A DNA stretch of 64,000 nt from an uncultured delta proteobacterium (GCA_963785725.1 CAWAWS010000002.1:265703-329702), one strand, 5' to 3'. Shown: positions 19,268 through 30,510, numbered from the stretch's first letter. Translations and numbers: made by a program. The notes: generated by a model not told the origin, from the letters alone.

Positions 19268-21340
19268 ATGACCAACCGGCTCGCGAACGAGACCAGCCCC
19301 TACTTGCGCCAGCACGCCGACAATCCGGTCGACTGGTATCCCTTCGGCGACGAGGCGTTCACGCGCGCGAAGACCGACGACAAGCCGATCCTACTGTCGG
19401 TGGGCTACTCCGCTTGTCACTGGTGTCATGTGATGGCGCACGAGAGCTTCGAAGATCCGGCGGTGGCGCAGCTCATGAACGAGCGCTTCGTGAACGTCAA
19501 AGTCGATCGCGAAGAGATGCCCGACGTCGACCAGATCTATCAGCAGGCGCTGCAGCTGATGGGCGAGCATGGCGGCTGGCCGCTGACGATGTTCCTCTTG
19601 CCCGACGGGACGCCGTTTTTCGGCGGCACCTACTTTCCGCCGCGCGACCTGCATGGCCGGCCCTCGTTCAAGCGGCTCTGCTACTCGCTGTCGGAGGCGT
19701 GGAAGCAGAAGCGCGCCGATGTCCTGTCGAACGCCAAGCAGTTCACCGAAGGCTATCAGAGCATCGCGCGGCTCGAGCGCGGCGACGGCGACGCGGCGAT
19801 CCTCGTGGACACGATCGAGCGCGCGTCGGTGCGCCTCGGCACGCGCATCGATCGCAAGGAGGGCGGCTTCGAAGGCGCGCCCAAGTTTCCCAATCCGAAG
19901 TCGATGGAGCTCATCTTGCGCGGCGCGCGGCGGGCGGCGCGGGCGAAAGACGCGGAGGCGCCCGAGCTCTTGCGCGCGGTGACGCTGACGCTGACCAAGA
20001 TGGCCGAAGGCGGGATTTACGACCACCTCGGCGGTGGGTTCGCCCGTTATTCGACCGACGCGCACTGGCTGGTGCCGCACTTCGAGAAGATGCTCTATGA
20101 CAACGCGCAGCTCTTGACGCTCATGTCGGAGTGCTGGCAGCTGTCGGGCGAGCCGTCGCTGCCGCGCGTGATTCGCGAGACGGTGGCCTATCTGGAGCGC
20201 GATCTGCGCGCGCCCGAAGGCGGCTTTTACACCGCCGAAGACGCCGACTCCGAAGGCGTCGAAGGCAAGTTCTACGTCTGGACGCCGGACGAGGTGAAGG
20301 CGACGCTCGACGCCGCCGGTGTCGATGCGCGCGCGGCCGACGTGTTCATGCGCTGCTTCGACGTCACGCCCGCCGGCAACTGGCACGATCCGCACGGCCA
20401 CGGGCCCGAGGGCGCCAGCATTCTGCATGTCGTCGATCGGCCGCGCGATGACGAAGAAGCGCGGCTCGTCGACGCGGCCAAGGCGGCGCTATTGGCGGCG
20501 CGCAATAAGCGCGTGCGCCCCGGGCTCGACGACAAAGTGCTGGCCGGCAACAACGGCATGGCCATCGCCGGCTTGGCCGAAGCCGGCCGCGTGCTCGGCG
20601 AGCCCGCGTTCATCGACGGCGCGCGCCGCGCGGCCGAGTTCGTGCTCGGCCACATGACGGAGTCGTCGCGCGGGCGGCTCTTGCGCACGTACAGCCACGG
20701 CGTGGCGCGACTGCCGGGCACGCTCGACGATCACGCGCACGTCTCGGACGGCCTTCTGGCGCTGTACGAAGCGACGGGCGAGGCGCGCTGGCTGGAAGAG
20801 GCGCATCGGCTGACGCGGCTGGCGCTCGGGCTCTTTTACGACGCCGGCGAGCGGCGCTTCTTCATGACCGCGGCCGACGATCCCGGGCTCATTCAGCGGC
20901 CGCCGTCGGTGTTCGACTCGGCGGTGCCGTCGGGAATGAGCGTGTGCATCGAGAACCTGATTCGCATGGGCGACATCTGCGGCGAGCAGGCGTGGCTCGA
21001 CATCGCCGAGGCGGTCTTGAAGACGCATTACACGCGCGCGCTCGAGAATCCGTTCGGCTTCTCCAACCTGCTCAACGCGCTCGACTTGTACTTGGAGCGG
21101 CCGACGGAGATCGTGCTCGCGGGCGCAGACGTCACGGCGCTCGAGCGCGCGGTGGCGTCGGTCTATCTGCCGAACCGCATGATCGTGCGCGCGGCCACGG
21201 CGCCCAAGCTCGTGCACGCGCTCGTCGACGGCAAGAGCGCGCTCGGCGGCGCGGCGACGGCCTACGTGTGCCGCGACTTCACGTGCCAGAAGCCGGAGCA
21301 CGATCCGGCGGCCCTGGCGCGCTCGCTCGGCGCGCCGTAA
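19268..21340 (+). CDS. Thioredoxin domain-containing protein YyaL/SSP411 (DUF255)
   Basis: [65 protein letters not shown]. Confidence 0.93.
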   Translation: MTNRLANETSPYLRQHADNPVDWYPFGDEAFTRAKTDDKPILLSVGYSACHWCHVMAHESFEDPAVAQLMNERFVNVKVDREEMPDVDQIYQQALQLMGEHGGWPLTMFLLPDGTPFFGGTYFPPRDLHGRPSFKRLCYSLSEAWKQKRADVLSNAKQFTEGYQSIARLERGDGDAAILVDTIERASVRLGTRIDRKEGGFEGAPKFPNPKSMELILRGARRAARAKDAEAPELLRAVTLTLTKMAEGGIYDHLGGGFARYSTDAHWLVPHFEKMLYDNAQLLTLMSECWQLSGEPSLPRVIRETVAYLERDLRAPEGGFYTAEDADSEGVEGKFYVWTPDEVKATLDAAGVDARAADVFMRCFDVTPAGNWHDPHGHGPEGASILHVVDRPRDDEEARLVDAAKAALLAARNKRVRPGLDDKVLAGNNGMAIAGLAEAGRVLGEPAFIDGARRAAEFVLGHMTESSRGRLLRTYSHGVARLPGTLDDHAHVSDGLLALYEATGEARWLEEAHRLTRLALGLFYDAGERRFFMTAADDPGLIQRPPSVFDSAVPSGMSVCIENLIRMGDICGEQAWLDIAEAVLKTHYTRALENPFGFSNLLNALDLYLERPTEIVLAGADVTALERAVASVYLPNRMIVRAATAPKLVHALVDGKSALGGAATAYVCRDFTCQKPEHDPAALARSLGAP

Positions 21341-21355
21341 CGCCGACGGCGGCGG

Positions 21356-21982
21356 CTACTTCGGCGGCGTCGTCAGCGCGCGGCGCACGGCGCGGAAGGT
21401 CTCGAGCGGCTGCTTCCAGCTGGTCTCCTCGACGATCGCGCGCGGCAGCTTGCCACCCAAATTCTCCAACGACACATAGCGCGCATGCGTGCGGCCGGGA
21501 CCGCGCGGCGACAGCTCCCACGTGCCGCGCAGCGGCGACACGCGCACCGGCTTGCCCGGCGGCGGGCCGCGGTCGCCGACGTCGCTCCAGGTCATGACGA
21601 AGCCGTCGCCTTCGCGGCGCCAGCGATAACGCGAGGTCCAGTCGCGATCGCTGATGGGCCACGGCAGATCGAAGCGAAAATAGAGCAGCGCCTCGTCGCT
21701 GCCGCGGCTCAGGATGCGCAGCTCGGCCAAGCGCGGCACGATGCGGCGCAACAGGTCGAAGTCCGTCAAATGCGCGATCACGCGCTCGATGGGCGCGTCG
21801 ATGTCGCCTTCGGCCGCGCCCCACGTCAACAGCTGCAGCGGCGACGGCAGCGGCGCGCGGGTGACGGCGATGCCGTCGACGGATTTGACCGGCAGCCAGG
21901 CGCGGCCGTCGGCGGCCGGTGGCGGCAGCGGCTGCGGCAGCTCGGCAGCCAAGCCCAACAGCACCATCGCCAGCGCCCACAT
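21356..21982 (-). CDS. START/SRPBCC lipid-binding domain protein, secreted
   Basis: Signal peptide; DLPWPISDRD, GTWEL, LGGKLP. Confidence 0.78.
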   Translation of the reverse strand: MWALAMVLLGLAAELPQPLPPPAADGRAWLPVKSVDGIAVTRAPLPSPLQLLTWGAAEGDIDAPIERVIAHLTDFDLLRRIVPRLAELRILSRGSDEALLYFRFDLPWPISDRDWTSRYRWRREGDGFVMTWSDVGDRGPPPGKPVRVSPLRGTWELSPRGPGRTHARYVSLENLGGKLPRAIVEETSWKQPLETFRAVRRALTTPPK

Positions 21983-22055
21983 GCGACAGACTTTAGCAGT
22001 CGATTGGCGAGCGTCGAATTTAGATCTCGGCCATCCGCGTCGGTTCAACTAGATT

Positions 22056-23006
22056 GTGCGCGTGAAACTCGAGTTTTCGGTGAGCGCCGACGAGAACGGC
22101 CTGACGCTGGCGGCGATCTTGCGGAAGCGGCTGGCCGGCCCAAAAGACGACGCGGTGGAAGTGCCGTGGTCGCGGGCGCGCATGTTGTGCACGAGCGGCA
22201 AAGTCACCGTCGACGGGCTGGCCGCGCTCGATCCGGCGGCGCGGATGAAGCGCGCGCAAAAAGTGGCCGTCGACGAGCGCGCGCCCAAGCCCAAGCCGGC
22301 GACGGCGGCCGAGCTGGTGTACGACGATCCGCACGTCGTCGTGCTCGACAAGCCGTCGGGAATCTCCAGCGTGCCCTACGAAAAGCGCGAGGTCGGCACG
22401 GCGATGGACATGGTGCGCGCGGCCTGGAAGCACCTGGGCATCAAAGGCACGTCGACGCCGCTGCTCGTCGTCCATCGCATCGACAAAGAGACCTCGGGGC
22501 TGCTGGCGTTCGCCAAGAGCAAGCTGGCCGAGCGCGAGTTGCAGGCGCTGTTTCGCACGCACGACGTCGAGCGCACCTACGTCTGCGTGGCCCACGGCAA
22601 GGTGTTCTCGCGGCGCATCGAGTCGATGCTGGTGACCGATCGCGGCGACGGCCTGCGCGGCTCGACGCGCAAGCCGAAGCTGGGCAAGCGCGCCGTGACG
22701 CACGTGCGCGTGCTCGAGGAGCTGCCGCAAGCGACGCTGTGCGAGGTCAAGCTGGAGACGGGCAAGACGCACCAGATTCGCATCCACTTGGCGGAGGCGG
22801 GCCATCCGCTCGTCGGTGAGCGCGTCTATATTCGCGACTTCTGCAACCGCGGCGAGGAGCCGATTCCGTCGCCGCGGCTCTTGTTGCACGCGGCGACGCT
22901 GGGGTTTCGCCATCCGGTGACGAAGGAGCTGGTGCAGCTGTCGTCGCCGCTGCCGCCCGATTTCACGGCCGAGCTGGCGAGGATCCGCCGTCGCCGCGGC
23001 AGCTGA
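22056..23006 (+). CDS. RluA family pseudouridine synthase
   Basis: S4-like N-terminus, DKPSG, VHRIDKETSG, LETGKTHQIRIH, GHPLVG, LLHA. Confidence 0.93.
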   Translation: MRVKLEFSVSADENGLTLAAILRKRLAGPKDDAVEVPWSRARMLCTSGKVTVDGLAALDPAARMKRAQKVAVDERAPKPKPATAAELVYDDPHVVVLDKPSGISSVPYEKREVGTAMDMVRAAWKHLGIKGTSTPLLVVHRIDKETSGLLAFAKSKLAERELQALFRTHDVERTYVCVAHGKVFSRRIESMLVTDRGDGLRGSTRKPKLGKRAVTHVRVLEELPQATLCEVKLETGKTHQIRIHLAEAGHPLVGERVYIRDFCNRGEEPIPSPRLLLHAATLGFRHPVTKELVQLSSPLPPDFTAELARIRRRRGS

Positions 23007-24153
23007 CGGTCGCGAACGAGACGCTGGTGTCGTCGTCCTCCTGCGCTTGCCAGGCGGCGGCCAGGCGCGACTTGGACGCCGCTGCCTGCAGGTTGAGGAT
23101 GCCGCGCGGCGCCAGCGCCAGCTTCGTCGCTTGCGTCAGCTTGCCGTCGGTCAGGTTGCCGCACCACAGCTCGTCGGCGCGGCCCGCTTCGAGCGACGTG
23201 TCGCGCACGAAGCAGAGCGCGGCGTGGCCGTCGGCGCGCGTCGCCGCGGCCGGCGTGTGACCGTCGGTGAAGCGCACGGGCGTGCCGCCGGCGGCAGGCG
23301 CGATGTAGAGCCCGGCGTCGGCCGGCAGCTCCCACACCAGCCGATCGCCGGCCAGCTCCGGCGTCTCGCCCGCGCCCAAGTCGCGCCGCCCGTCGAGCGA
23401 CGTGCGCGTCAACGTCGCCGTGAGCACGTGCTGCTGGCCGTCGAGCATCTCTTCCCAGCCGATCGTCGCGTGACCGTCGCCGATCGGCAAGAGGTCGACC
23501 GTCGGATCCGGTGACGGCGCGCGCGTGACGAGGAACGGCTTACCGAGCGGCTGATCGCGATGATCGAAGTAGCGCACGGTCACGACGTGCGGCAGGCCGC
23601 TCCAGTTCCACCAGGCCACGGCGTAGTCGGAGCCGAACGACACCGCCGTCAAGGCGCGCGCGCCCGGCGACGTCACCAGCGGCACGATGTCGCCCGTCGG
23701 CTTGCCGCTGCGATCGAGGTGGCGCGCGTCGATGACCGAGCTGTCGCCCTGCTCCACCGTCCACAACACGAGGAAGCCGGTGCCGTCGGCGACGACGCGC
23801 GGATCGGCGCCCGAGCGCGCGACGTCGGCCACTTCGATCGACGGACCGAGCGGGCGCGCGGCGTCGTCGAACGTCTGCACGCGCACGCCGCGGTGATCGG
23901 TCGTCTCTTCCCAGGCGACGGCGAACGCGTCATCGCCGCCGGCCACTTGCGGGCGCGCCGCGCCGGTGCCCGGCGTCGACAAGCGGCGCACGGTGGCGCG
24001 ACAAGCGGCATCGGCCGCCGCCGTCTCCGTCGTCCCACGAGACGAGCGCGGCGCCTTGACGAGCGGACCGGGTGGAACCGCGGGCGTGCACGCCGACAGC
24101 GCGGCGGCAGCGAAAACGAGACCGAGCAGCAGTAAGAACGATCGCAAACGCAT
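22963..24153 (-). CDS. Hypothetical lipoprotein (beta-propeller-like repeats)
   Basis: Lipobox ALSAC; repeated F/Y.V.W...D..G.PLG units. Confidence 0.65.
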   Translation of the reverse strand: MRLRSFLLLLGLVFAAAALSACTPAVPPGPLVKAPRSSRGTTETAAADAACRATVRRLSTPGTGAARPQVAGGDDAFAVAWEETTDHRGVRVQTFDDAARPLGPSIEVADVARSGADPRVVADGTGFLVLWTVEQGDSSVIDARHLDRSGKPTGDIVPLVTSPGARALTAVSFGSDYAVAWWNWSGLPHVVTVRYFDHRDQPLGKPFLVTRAPSPDPTVDLLPIGDGHATIGWEEMLDGQQHVLTATLTRTSLDGRRDLGAGETPELAGDRLVWELPADAGLYIAPAAGGTPVRFTDGHTPAAATRADGHAALCFVRDTSLEAGRADELWCGNLTDGKLTQATKLALAPRGILNLQAAASKSRLAAAWQAQEDDDTSVSFATVSCRGDGGSSPARP

Positions 24154-24192
24154 TACCCCTTGTTTTCGAGTTACGCTAACGCGCGTCAAGGC

Positions 24193-25131
24193 ATGACCCA
24201 ACAGATCGTTGTCGACAAGCTCGTGAAGGAATATCGGGTGCACGAGCGCGCGGCGGGCGCGTGGGCGTCGTTCCGCTCGCTCTTTCGTCGGCGCTATCGG
24301 ACCGCGCGCGCCGTCGACGAGCTGTCGTTTTCGATCGCCGGCGGCGAGCGCGTCGGCTTCTTGGGCCCGAACGGCGCCGGCAAGACGACGACGCTCAAGG
24401 TGCTGGCGGGCCTCTTGCATCCGACGTCGGGCACGGCGCACGTCGACGGCTTCGATCCGCGCAAGCGCGACTTCCAGTTCTTGCGGCGGATTACGCTGGT
24501 GATGGGGCAAAAGCAGCAGCTCTTGTGGGATCTGCCGCCGCTCGATACCTTCGCCATGAACCGCGCCATCTACGACTTGCCGAAGCGCGAGTACGACGAG
24601 ACCCTGAGCGAGCTGACGACGCTGCTCGAGCTCGGCGAGCTGGTGCGGCGACCGACGCGGCAGCTGTCGCTCGGCGAGCGCATGAAGTGCGAGCTGGTGG
24701 CGGCGCTGCTGCATCGGCCGCGCGTGCTCTTCCTCGACGAGCCGACCATCGGTCTCGACGTGCAGATGCAGATGACGCTGCGCCGCTTCGTGCGCGACTA
24801 CAACGAGCGCTTCTCGGCGACGGTGCTGCTCACGAGCCACTACATGGACGACGTGGCGGCGCTCTGTCCGCGCGTCATCGTCATCGACAAAGGGCGGCTG
24901 ACGTACGACGGCGCGCTCGTCGAGCTGGTGCGCAAAGTGCGGCCGCTCAAGCGCATCATCGTGCGCACCAACGACGGCAAGTCGGAGACGCTCGACGTCG
25001 CCGCCGGCGAGCTGCAGGCCACCATCGCCGGCCTCATCCAGCGCGGCGTCGCCGACTTGACCGTCGAAGATCCGCCGCTGGAAGAGGTCATGCGCGACCT
25101 CTTTCAGCGACATGAGGGCGACGCCGCGTGA
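24193..25131 (+). CDS. ABC-2 transporter ATP-binding protein
   Basis: GPNGAGKTT, LSLGERMK, FLDEPTIGLD, TSHYM. Confidence 0.92.
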   Translation: MTQQIVVDKLVKEYRVHERAAGAWASFRSLFRRRYRTARAVDELSFSIAGGERVGFLGPNGAGKTTTLKVLAGLLHPTSGTAHVDGFDPRKRDFQFLRRITLVMGQKQQLLWDLPPLDTFAMNRAIYDLPKREYDETLSELTTLLELGELVRRPTRQLSLGERMKCELVAALLHRPRVLFLDEPTIGLDVQMQMTLRRFVRDYNERFSATVLLTSHYMDDVAALCPRVIVIDKGRLTYDGALVELVRKVRPLKRIIVRTNDGKSETLDVAAGELQATIAGLIQRGVADLTVEDPPLEEVMRDLFQRHEGDAA

Positions 25132-25982
25132 GCGTGCGACCGACCGCCGGCGAGCCCGAGCGCGCCTACGTCGACGACGGCGCGTTCCGCCGCTTTTGGC
25201 GCGCCTATCCGACGCTCCTGCGCGTCGGGCTGGCCGAGGCGGTCGCCTATCGCGCCGAGTTCATCGTGTGGATGCTGGCGACGACGATGCCGCTCGTCAT
25301 GCTCGCCATCATGACGGCGATGGCGCGAGAGGCGCCGGTCGGCCGCTTCGATCAGCCGGGCTTCGTCGCCTACTATCTCGTGACGCTCATCGTGCGCCAG
25401 ATGACGGGCGCCTGGATCGCGTGGGACATGAACCGCGAGATCAAAGAGGGCACGCTGGCGCTCAGGCTGCTCAAGCCCATTCATCCGCTCGCCGGCTACT
25501 CGGCGGATTCGCTGGCGGCGCTGCCGATGCGCGCGCTCATCTCGCTGCCGCTGACCGTCACCGTGCTCGTCCTGTCGTCGCACGACCATATGACGCACGA
25601 TCCGGTCGTCGTCTTCATTTTCCTGCTGTCGCTTTTGGGCGCCTGGCTGCTCAACTTCGCGGTCTCGGCGACGATCGGGACGCTCGGCCTCTTCATCGAC
25701 AGCTCGCTGCAAGTCTGGGAGCTGTGGTTCGGCGCTTATATGTTGCTGTCGGGCTATCTCATCCCGCTCGAGCTGTTCCCGCATTGGGCCGAGCACGCCG
25801 CGCGCTGCCTGCCGTTCGCCTATCTGCAGGCGTTCCCCGTCGAAACCTTGACCGGACGACACAGCCGCGCCGAGGCGCTGGCCGGCCTGGGCGCGCAAGC
25901 GGCGTGGGCCGCCGCCGCGTGGGTCATGCTGCTCACGTTGTGGCGCCGCGGCCAGCGTCGCTTCGCGGCGTTCGGCGGCTGA
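25128..25982 (+). CDS. ABC-2 family permease (DUF990-like)
   Basis: AYRAEF, EIKEGTL..LLKP, LSG.LIPL..FP; overlaps the ATPase stop. Confidence 0.85.
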   Translation: MSVRPTAGEPERAYVDDGAFRRFWRAYPTLLRVGLAEAVAYRAEFIVWMLATTMPLVMLAIMTAMAREAPVGRFDQPGFVAYYLVTLIVRQMTGAWIAWDMNREIKEGTLALRLLKPIHPLAGYSADSLAALPMRALISLPLTVTVLVLSSHDHMTHDPVVVFIFLLSLLGAWLLNFAVSATIGTLGLFIDSSLQVWELWFGAYMLLSGYLIPLELFPHWAEHAARCLPFAYLQAFPVETLTGRHSRAEALAGLGAQAAWAAAAWVMLLTLWRRGQRRFAAFGG

Positions 25983-26767
25983 TGCGCTACCTCGGCCTAC
26001 TCGGCGTGCAGCTGCGCGCGTCGCTGCAAGTGACCATGCAATATCGCGCCGAGTTCTTCATCGGCTCGTTCATGGCGCTGTTCTACCTGTTCTGGAACTT
26101 GGTGCCGCTGTTCGTGCTCTGGTCGCAGCGCGAGACCATCGCCGGCTGGTCGCTGCCGGAGGCGATGCTGGTGACGGCCTGGTTCACGCTCTTGCGCTCG
26201 CTGCTCGACGGCGCCGTGCAGCCGTCGCTGGCGGCGGTCGTCGAGCACATCCGCAAAGGCACGCTCGACTTCGTGCTCTTGAAGCCCGCCGATACGCAGT
26301 TCCTCGTCTCGACGGCGAAGTTCGAAGTCTTGAGCTTCGTCGACGCGCTCGCCGCCGTCGGCATGGCCGTCTGGGCGCTGCACGAGCTGCATCGCGTCCC
26401 GACCGCGGCGCAGCTGGGCACGGCGCTCCTCCTCACGATCGCCGCCGCCGCGCTCTTGTACGCCATTTCGATCCTCGTCATCTCGGCCGCGTTCTACGTC
26501 GTGCGCCTCGACAACCTCATCTACCTCTTCAACAGCGTGTTCGACGCCGGTCGCTGGCCGGCCTCGGTCTTTCGCGGCATCTGGCGCTTCCTGTTCACGT
26601 TCGTCGTGCCGTTGGCGCTGATGACGACCTATCCGGCGCTGGCGCTGCTCGGCCGCTTGGCGCCGCAAACGACGCTGCGCGCGCTCGCCGGCGCGCTGGC
26701 GTTCGTGGCGTTGGCGCGCGTCGTCTGGCGCCGCTCGATTGGGCACTATCGCTCGGCGTCGTCCTAA
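25982..26767 (+). CDS. ABC-2 family permease (DUF990-like)
   Basis: MQYRAEF, IRKGTLDFVLLKP, RWP..VF, YRSASS C-terminus; TGATG coupling. Confidence 0.85.
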   Translation: MRYLGLLGVQLRASLQVTMQYRAEFFIGSFMALFYLFWNLVPLFVLWSQRETIAGWSLPEAMLVTAWFTLLRSLLDGAVQPSLAAVVEHIRKGTLDFVLLKPADTQFLVSTAKFEVLSFVDALAAVGMAVWALHELHRVPTAAQLGTALLLTIAAAALLYAISILVISAAFYVVRLDNLIYLFNSVFDAGRWPASVFRGIWRFLFTFVVPLALMTTYPALALLGRLAPQTTLRALAGALAFVALARVVWRRSIGHYRSASS

Positions 26768-26781
26768 GATAAAATCGACGC

Positions 26782-27255
26782 GTGGACCGCACTAGACGAA
26801 CCCTTTGTCAGGCCGGGCTCGCGCTCGGCTGCGCGGCTGCCCTGCCCGCTTGCGGCGGCAGCTCCAACTCCAACAACGGTGGCAGCTGCGACGTGAGCGA
26901 CCTCGCGGTCGGCCTCGCCAGCAGCATCGCGCTCAACGACGCCGTCAAGGTGCTGACCGCGCAAGCCAACGGCACCGGCATCTTCGTCTGCCACGATGCC
27001 GGCGGCTACTACGCCGTCGACGCCGGCTGCACGCACGTCGACTGCGACGTCGCCTTGAAGGCGCCCGGCGATCTGTCACAAGGCTTCCTCTGCCCCTGTC
27101 ACGGCGCGACCTATGACGCCAACGGGCTCAACCCGACGACGCCGGCGCCGTTACCGCTGCCACATTACGAGCTGTGTCTGCAGTCGTCGGGCGAGCTGTT
27201 GTGCAACGTGTCGCCGTCCGATCCCGTCGCTGCGACCGTGCGCCTCAAAGCCTAG
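26782..27255 (+). CDS. Rieske 2Fe-2S protein, Tat lipoprotein
   Basis: TRRTL plus ALPAC; CTHVDC and CPCHGATYD. Confidence 0.88.
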   Translation: MDRTRRTLCQAGLALGCAAALPACGGSSNSNNGGSCDVSDLAVGLASSIALNDAVKVLTAQANGTGIFVCHDAGGYYAVDAGCTHVDCDVALKAPGDLSQGFLCPCHGATYDANGLNPTTPAPLPLPHYELCLQSSGELLCNVSPSDPVAATVRLKA

Positions 27256-27273
27256 CTGCTACAATTTGCCGCG

Positions 27274-28314
27274 GTGAAGGCGTTCGTCCTCCTCTTACTA
27301 TTCGCGATGAGCGGCTGCTGGAGCGGCGGCTATCTCGCCAAGCAAGGCGTCGGACAGCTCAAGCTGTTGCGCGCGCGCCGCAAGATCAGCGACGTCCTCG
27401 CCGACCCGACCACCCCCGCCGAGTTGCGCCGGCGCTTGAAGCTGGCCGAGGCCGCGCGCCAGTTCGGGATCGACGAGCTCGGCCTGCGCGGCGGCGACGG
27501 CTTCACGCGCTTCGTCGACTCGCACGGCGCCCCCATCGCCTGGAACTTGACCGCCGCGCCCAAAGACAAGCTGGAGGCGCATCTCAACCGCTTCCCCATC
27601 GTCGGCGTCATCCCGTATTTGGGCTTCTTCGAGGAGGCCGACGCCACGCGCGAAGCCAAGCGCCTCAGCGACGAAGGGCTCGACGTCTACGTTCGCCCCG
27701 TCGCCGGCTACTCGACGCTCGGCATCACGTCCGATCCCATCTACTCCAGCATGCTCGACGGCGGCGACGCGCGCATCGTCGAGGTCACGCTGCACGAGAT
27801 GACGCACGCCACGGTCTACCTGCCTGGCCACAGCGAGTGGAACGAGAGCATGGCGACGCTCGTCGGCATTGAAGGCGCGTCGGCCTTCTTCGCCGCGCAC
27901 GGCGACGCCGCATCGGCGGCGAAGATGGAGGCCGAGTCGCGCGCGCGCGAGCGCGACCAAGAGACGTTCGCGCGCTTCTTGGAGCCGGTCGTGCACGAGC
28001 TCGAGGCGTTGTATGCGTCGCCGCAGCTGACCAAGGCGCAGAAGATCGCGCAGCGCGAGCCCATCTTCGCGCGGGCAAAGCAGCGCTTTTTACAGCTGTT
28101 TCCCATTCCGCCGGGTCATAAGCCGGGCGCGTTCACGGCGCAGCCGCTCAACAACGCGGTGCTGATCTCGTTCCTCGTCTATCACCAGTCGACGCCCGAG
28201 CATCGTCGCCAGCTTTTACGGCTGCACGGCGACCTGCGCGCGCTCGTCGCGCTCTACAAGCACGCCGTCGAAGACGTGCAGCACCCGCTGCAATATCTGG
28301 CGCAGCTGCGCTGA
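27274..28314 (+). CDS. Putative zinc aminopeptidase lipoprotein (DUF2265-like)
   Basis: Lipobox MSGC; FPIVG.IPYLGFF, YSTLG..DP, HEMTH...NES. Confidence 0.82.
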   Translation: MKAFVLLLLFAMSGCWSGGYLAKQGVGQLKLLRARRKISDVLADPTTPAELRRRLKLAEAARQFGIDELGLRGGDGFTRFVDSHGAPIAWNLTAAPKDKLEAHLNRFPIVGVIPYLGFFEEADATREAKRLSDEGLDVYVRPVAGYSTLGITSDPIYSSMLDGGDARIVEVTLHEMTHATVYLPGHSEWNESMATLVGIEGASAFFAAHGDAASAAKMEAESRARERDQETFARFLEPVVHELEALYASPQLTKAQKIAQREPIFARAKQRFLQLFPIPPGHKPGAFTAQPLNNAVLISFLVYHQSTPEHRRQLLRLHGDLRALVALYKHAVEDVQHPLQYLAQLR

Positions 28315-28350
28315 CGATAACTGATTCGATACGAGCGGAAACTAAACGAG

Positions 28351-28947
28351 TTATTCGCGGGCGAGGACGAAGTAGGAATCCATCGGCTTGTCGAGGCGCG
28401 TGGCGAAGCCGATGCAGACGTGCTGCGAAACGCGGCGCAAATAGTCGTACAGGTTCTTGTAGACGAGGTTGGAGAGGCCGCGATCGTTCGGCTTGACCTC
28501 GGGCCAGCCGGCCGGCGTCGTCTTCGGCACCTGCGTGTAGTCGACGCGCATCTCGTTGGCGTTGTGCGGCGACGGCACCATCACGAAGTAGCCCGGTCCC
28601 GTCACCCACGACGTCGACTGTTTGTTGTAGCCGACGAGCTGGCCTTCATGACGGATGAAGCGCTTCTCGAAGATTTGGAACAGCGGCAGCGAGTTCTTGC
28701 CGCCCCAAATGACCTGCTTGCCTTCGCCCAAGCTCGACGGCACCAAGTCCTCGGCCGTGAACGCGGGCGCGCCGGCGCAGACTTCCCACAAACGCTTCTG
28801 CTCTTTGCCCGAGAGCGCGCGGCACTCGGCGAGCCGAGCGGCCGCGTCGAGCCGATCGAGGTGAGCGGCGAGCTGCGGCTGCGTGCAGTCGGAGCGGCCG
28901 AGCAGTGTCGAAAGCGTGGCGGCTTCGGAATGAGCGACGGCGACCAT
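28351..28947 (-). CDS. Hypothetical protein
   Basis: GC3-biased, globular composition (GKNSLPLF..FEKRF, GPGYF). Confidence 0.7.
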   Translation of the reverse strand: MVAVAHSEAATLSTLLGRSDCTQPQLAAHLDRLDAAARLAECRALSGKEQKRLWEVCAGAPAFTAEDLVPSSLGEGKQVIWGGKNSLPLFQIFEKRFIRHEGQLVGYNKQSTSWVTGPGYFVMVPSPHNANEMRVDYTQVPKTTPAGWPEVKPNDRGLSNLVYKNLYDYLRRVSQHVCIGFATRLDKPMDSYFVLARE

Positions 28948-29044
28948 GCCGGCAGTCTACACCAAGCCGGCCGCGTGCAAAGGCGCACGCAATCCAACTT
29001 CTTTGAACCACCTTTGGACGCTGAAGCCCATGTTATGGTGCGCC

Positions 29045-29854
29045 ATGCTTCCCGTCGCCGAGGCGCGTCGCAACCCGTTCAGTAAAGACTTAATGAAGGA
29101 CCAGTGCGTCATCATCACCGGCGGCGGCACCGGCATCGGCCGCGCTACCGCCGAGGAGCTGCTGCAGCTCGGCGCCCGCGTCGCCATCGGCAGCCGCAAG
29201 CCCGAGCACCTCGAGCCGACCGTCGCCGCGCTCGGCCACTTGGGCGAGGTCGTGGCCCTCCCCTGCGACATCCGCGAGCCCGACTCGGTGGCGGCGTTCG
29301 TCACCGGCGTGCTCGAGCGCTTCGGCCGCATCGACGCCCTCGTCAACAACGCCGGCGGCCAATTTCCGACGACCGCCGAGCAGCTGACGCCGCGCGGCTT
29401 CGAAGCCGTCATCCGCAACAACTTGAACGGCACGTTCTACATGACGCGCGAAGTGGCCACGCGCGCGCTCATCCCGCAGCAGTCGGGCAGCATCGTCAAC
29501 GTCATCGCCAACATCGCGCGCGGCTTTCCCGGCATGGTGCACACCGGCGCCGCCCGCGCCGGCGTCGAGAACATGACCAAGACGATGGCCGTCGAGTGGG
29601 CGCAGTTCGACGTACGCGTCAACGCCGTCGCGCCCGGCATCGTGCAGTCGACCGGAATCGCGCAGTATCCGCCCGAGCTGGTCGCGGCTTCGGTGGCGCG
29701 CACGCCGCAAAAACGCATCGGCACCGTCGAAGAGATCGCGCACGCCATCGTCTACTTGGTGTCGCCGGCGGCGGCGTTCATCACCGGCGCCACCTTGCGC
29801 ATCGACGGCGGCGCGTCGCTCTGGGGCGACTCGTGGCTGATTCCCGACCGCTGA
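29045..29854 (+). CDS. SDR family oxidoreductase (trans-2-enoyl-CoA reductase/citronellol dehydrogenase-like)
   Basis: TGGGTGIG, NNAGGQF, GFPGMVHTGAARAG, VNAVAPG, IDGG. Confidence 0.9.
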   Translation: MLPVAEARRNPFSKDLMKDQCVIITGGGTGIGRATAEELLQLGARVAIGSRKPEHLEPTVAALGHLGEVVALPCDIREPDSVAAFVTGVLERFGRIDALVNNAGGQFPTTAEQLTPRGFEAVIRNNLNGTFYMTREVATRALIPQQSGSIVNVIANIARGFPGMVHTGAARAGVENMTKTMAVEWAQFDVRVNAVAPGIVQSTGIAQYPPELVAASVARTPQKRIGTVEEIAHAIVYLVSPAAAFITGATLRIDGGASLWGDSWLIPDR

Positions 29855-30507
29855 CGCGCGTCGACTCCTCGCGCAAGCGGCTTTGGTGGCTGCTCGGCTA
29901 TTGGCTGTTCGGCTTGGCGCTGCGCTGGCCGGTGATGGCGATGAAGCATCATTTGCCGCCGGGAACGACGCGCGATCTGGCGCAGCTGACGCTGAAAACG
30001 GCGCTGAGCGTGCTCTTGCCGGCGCTGGCGCTGCGCTGGCTCATGCCCGAGGCGCCGCTCGCCGAGCAGCTCGGCTTACGCGCGCGCGCCGGCATGCGCC
30101 CGCGACCGCGCGCGGCCGCGCTCGTGTCGCTCGGCTGGATCGGCCTCGTCTACGGCGCCTCCAAGCTGCTTGGCCAAGACGCGACGTCGATCTGGCCCGC
30201 CGGCGTCGCCGCCGCGCTCCTCATGGCAGCGCACGTCACCGTCGAGGAGATCGCCTTCCGCGGCTTCATCCTCGGCTGGCTCTCCGCCGATCGCCCCTTC
30301 TGGCGCGCCAACGTCATCACGACGCTCATGTTCCTGTCGATGCATCTGCCGGGCTTCATCGCGTCCGGCATGCGCGTCGAGCTGGTGCCGATGTCGCTCG
30401 TGCTCGTGGCGCTGTCGCTCGTGCTCGGCTGGGTGACGCAGCTCGGCGGCAACATCTGGATCGCGACGCTCTTGCACCTCGCCAACAACGCGCTCGCCGG
30501 CTGGTGA
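29851..30507 (+). CDS. CPBP (CAAX/Abi) intramembrane metalloprotease; start uncertain
   Basis: EEIAFRG, F..MH, HLANN; multiple TM segments. Confidence 0.8.
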   Translation: MTRVDSSRKRLWWLLGYWLFGLALRWPVMAMKHHLPPGTTRDLAQLTLKTALSVLLPALALRWLMPEAPLAEQLGLRARAGMRPRPRAAALVSLGWIGLVYGASKLLGQDATSIWPAGVAAALLMAAHVTVEEIAFRGFILGWLSADRPFWRANVITTLMFLSMHLPGFIASGMRVELVPMSLVLVALSLVLGWVTQLGGNIWIATLLHLANNALAGW

Positions 30508-30510
30508 CCG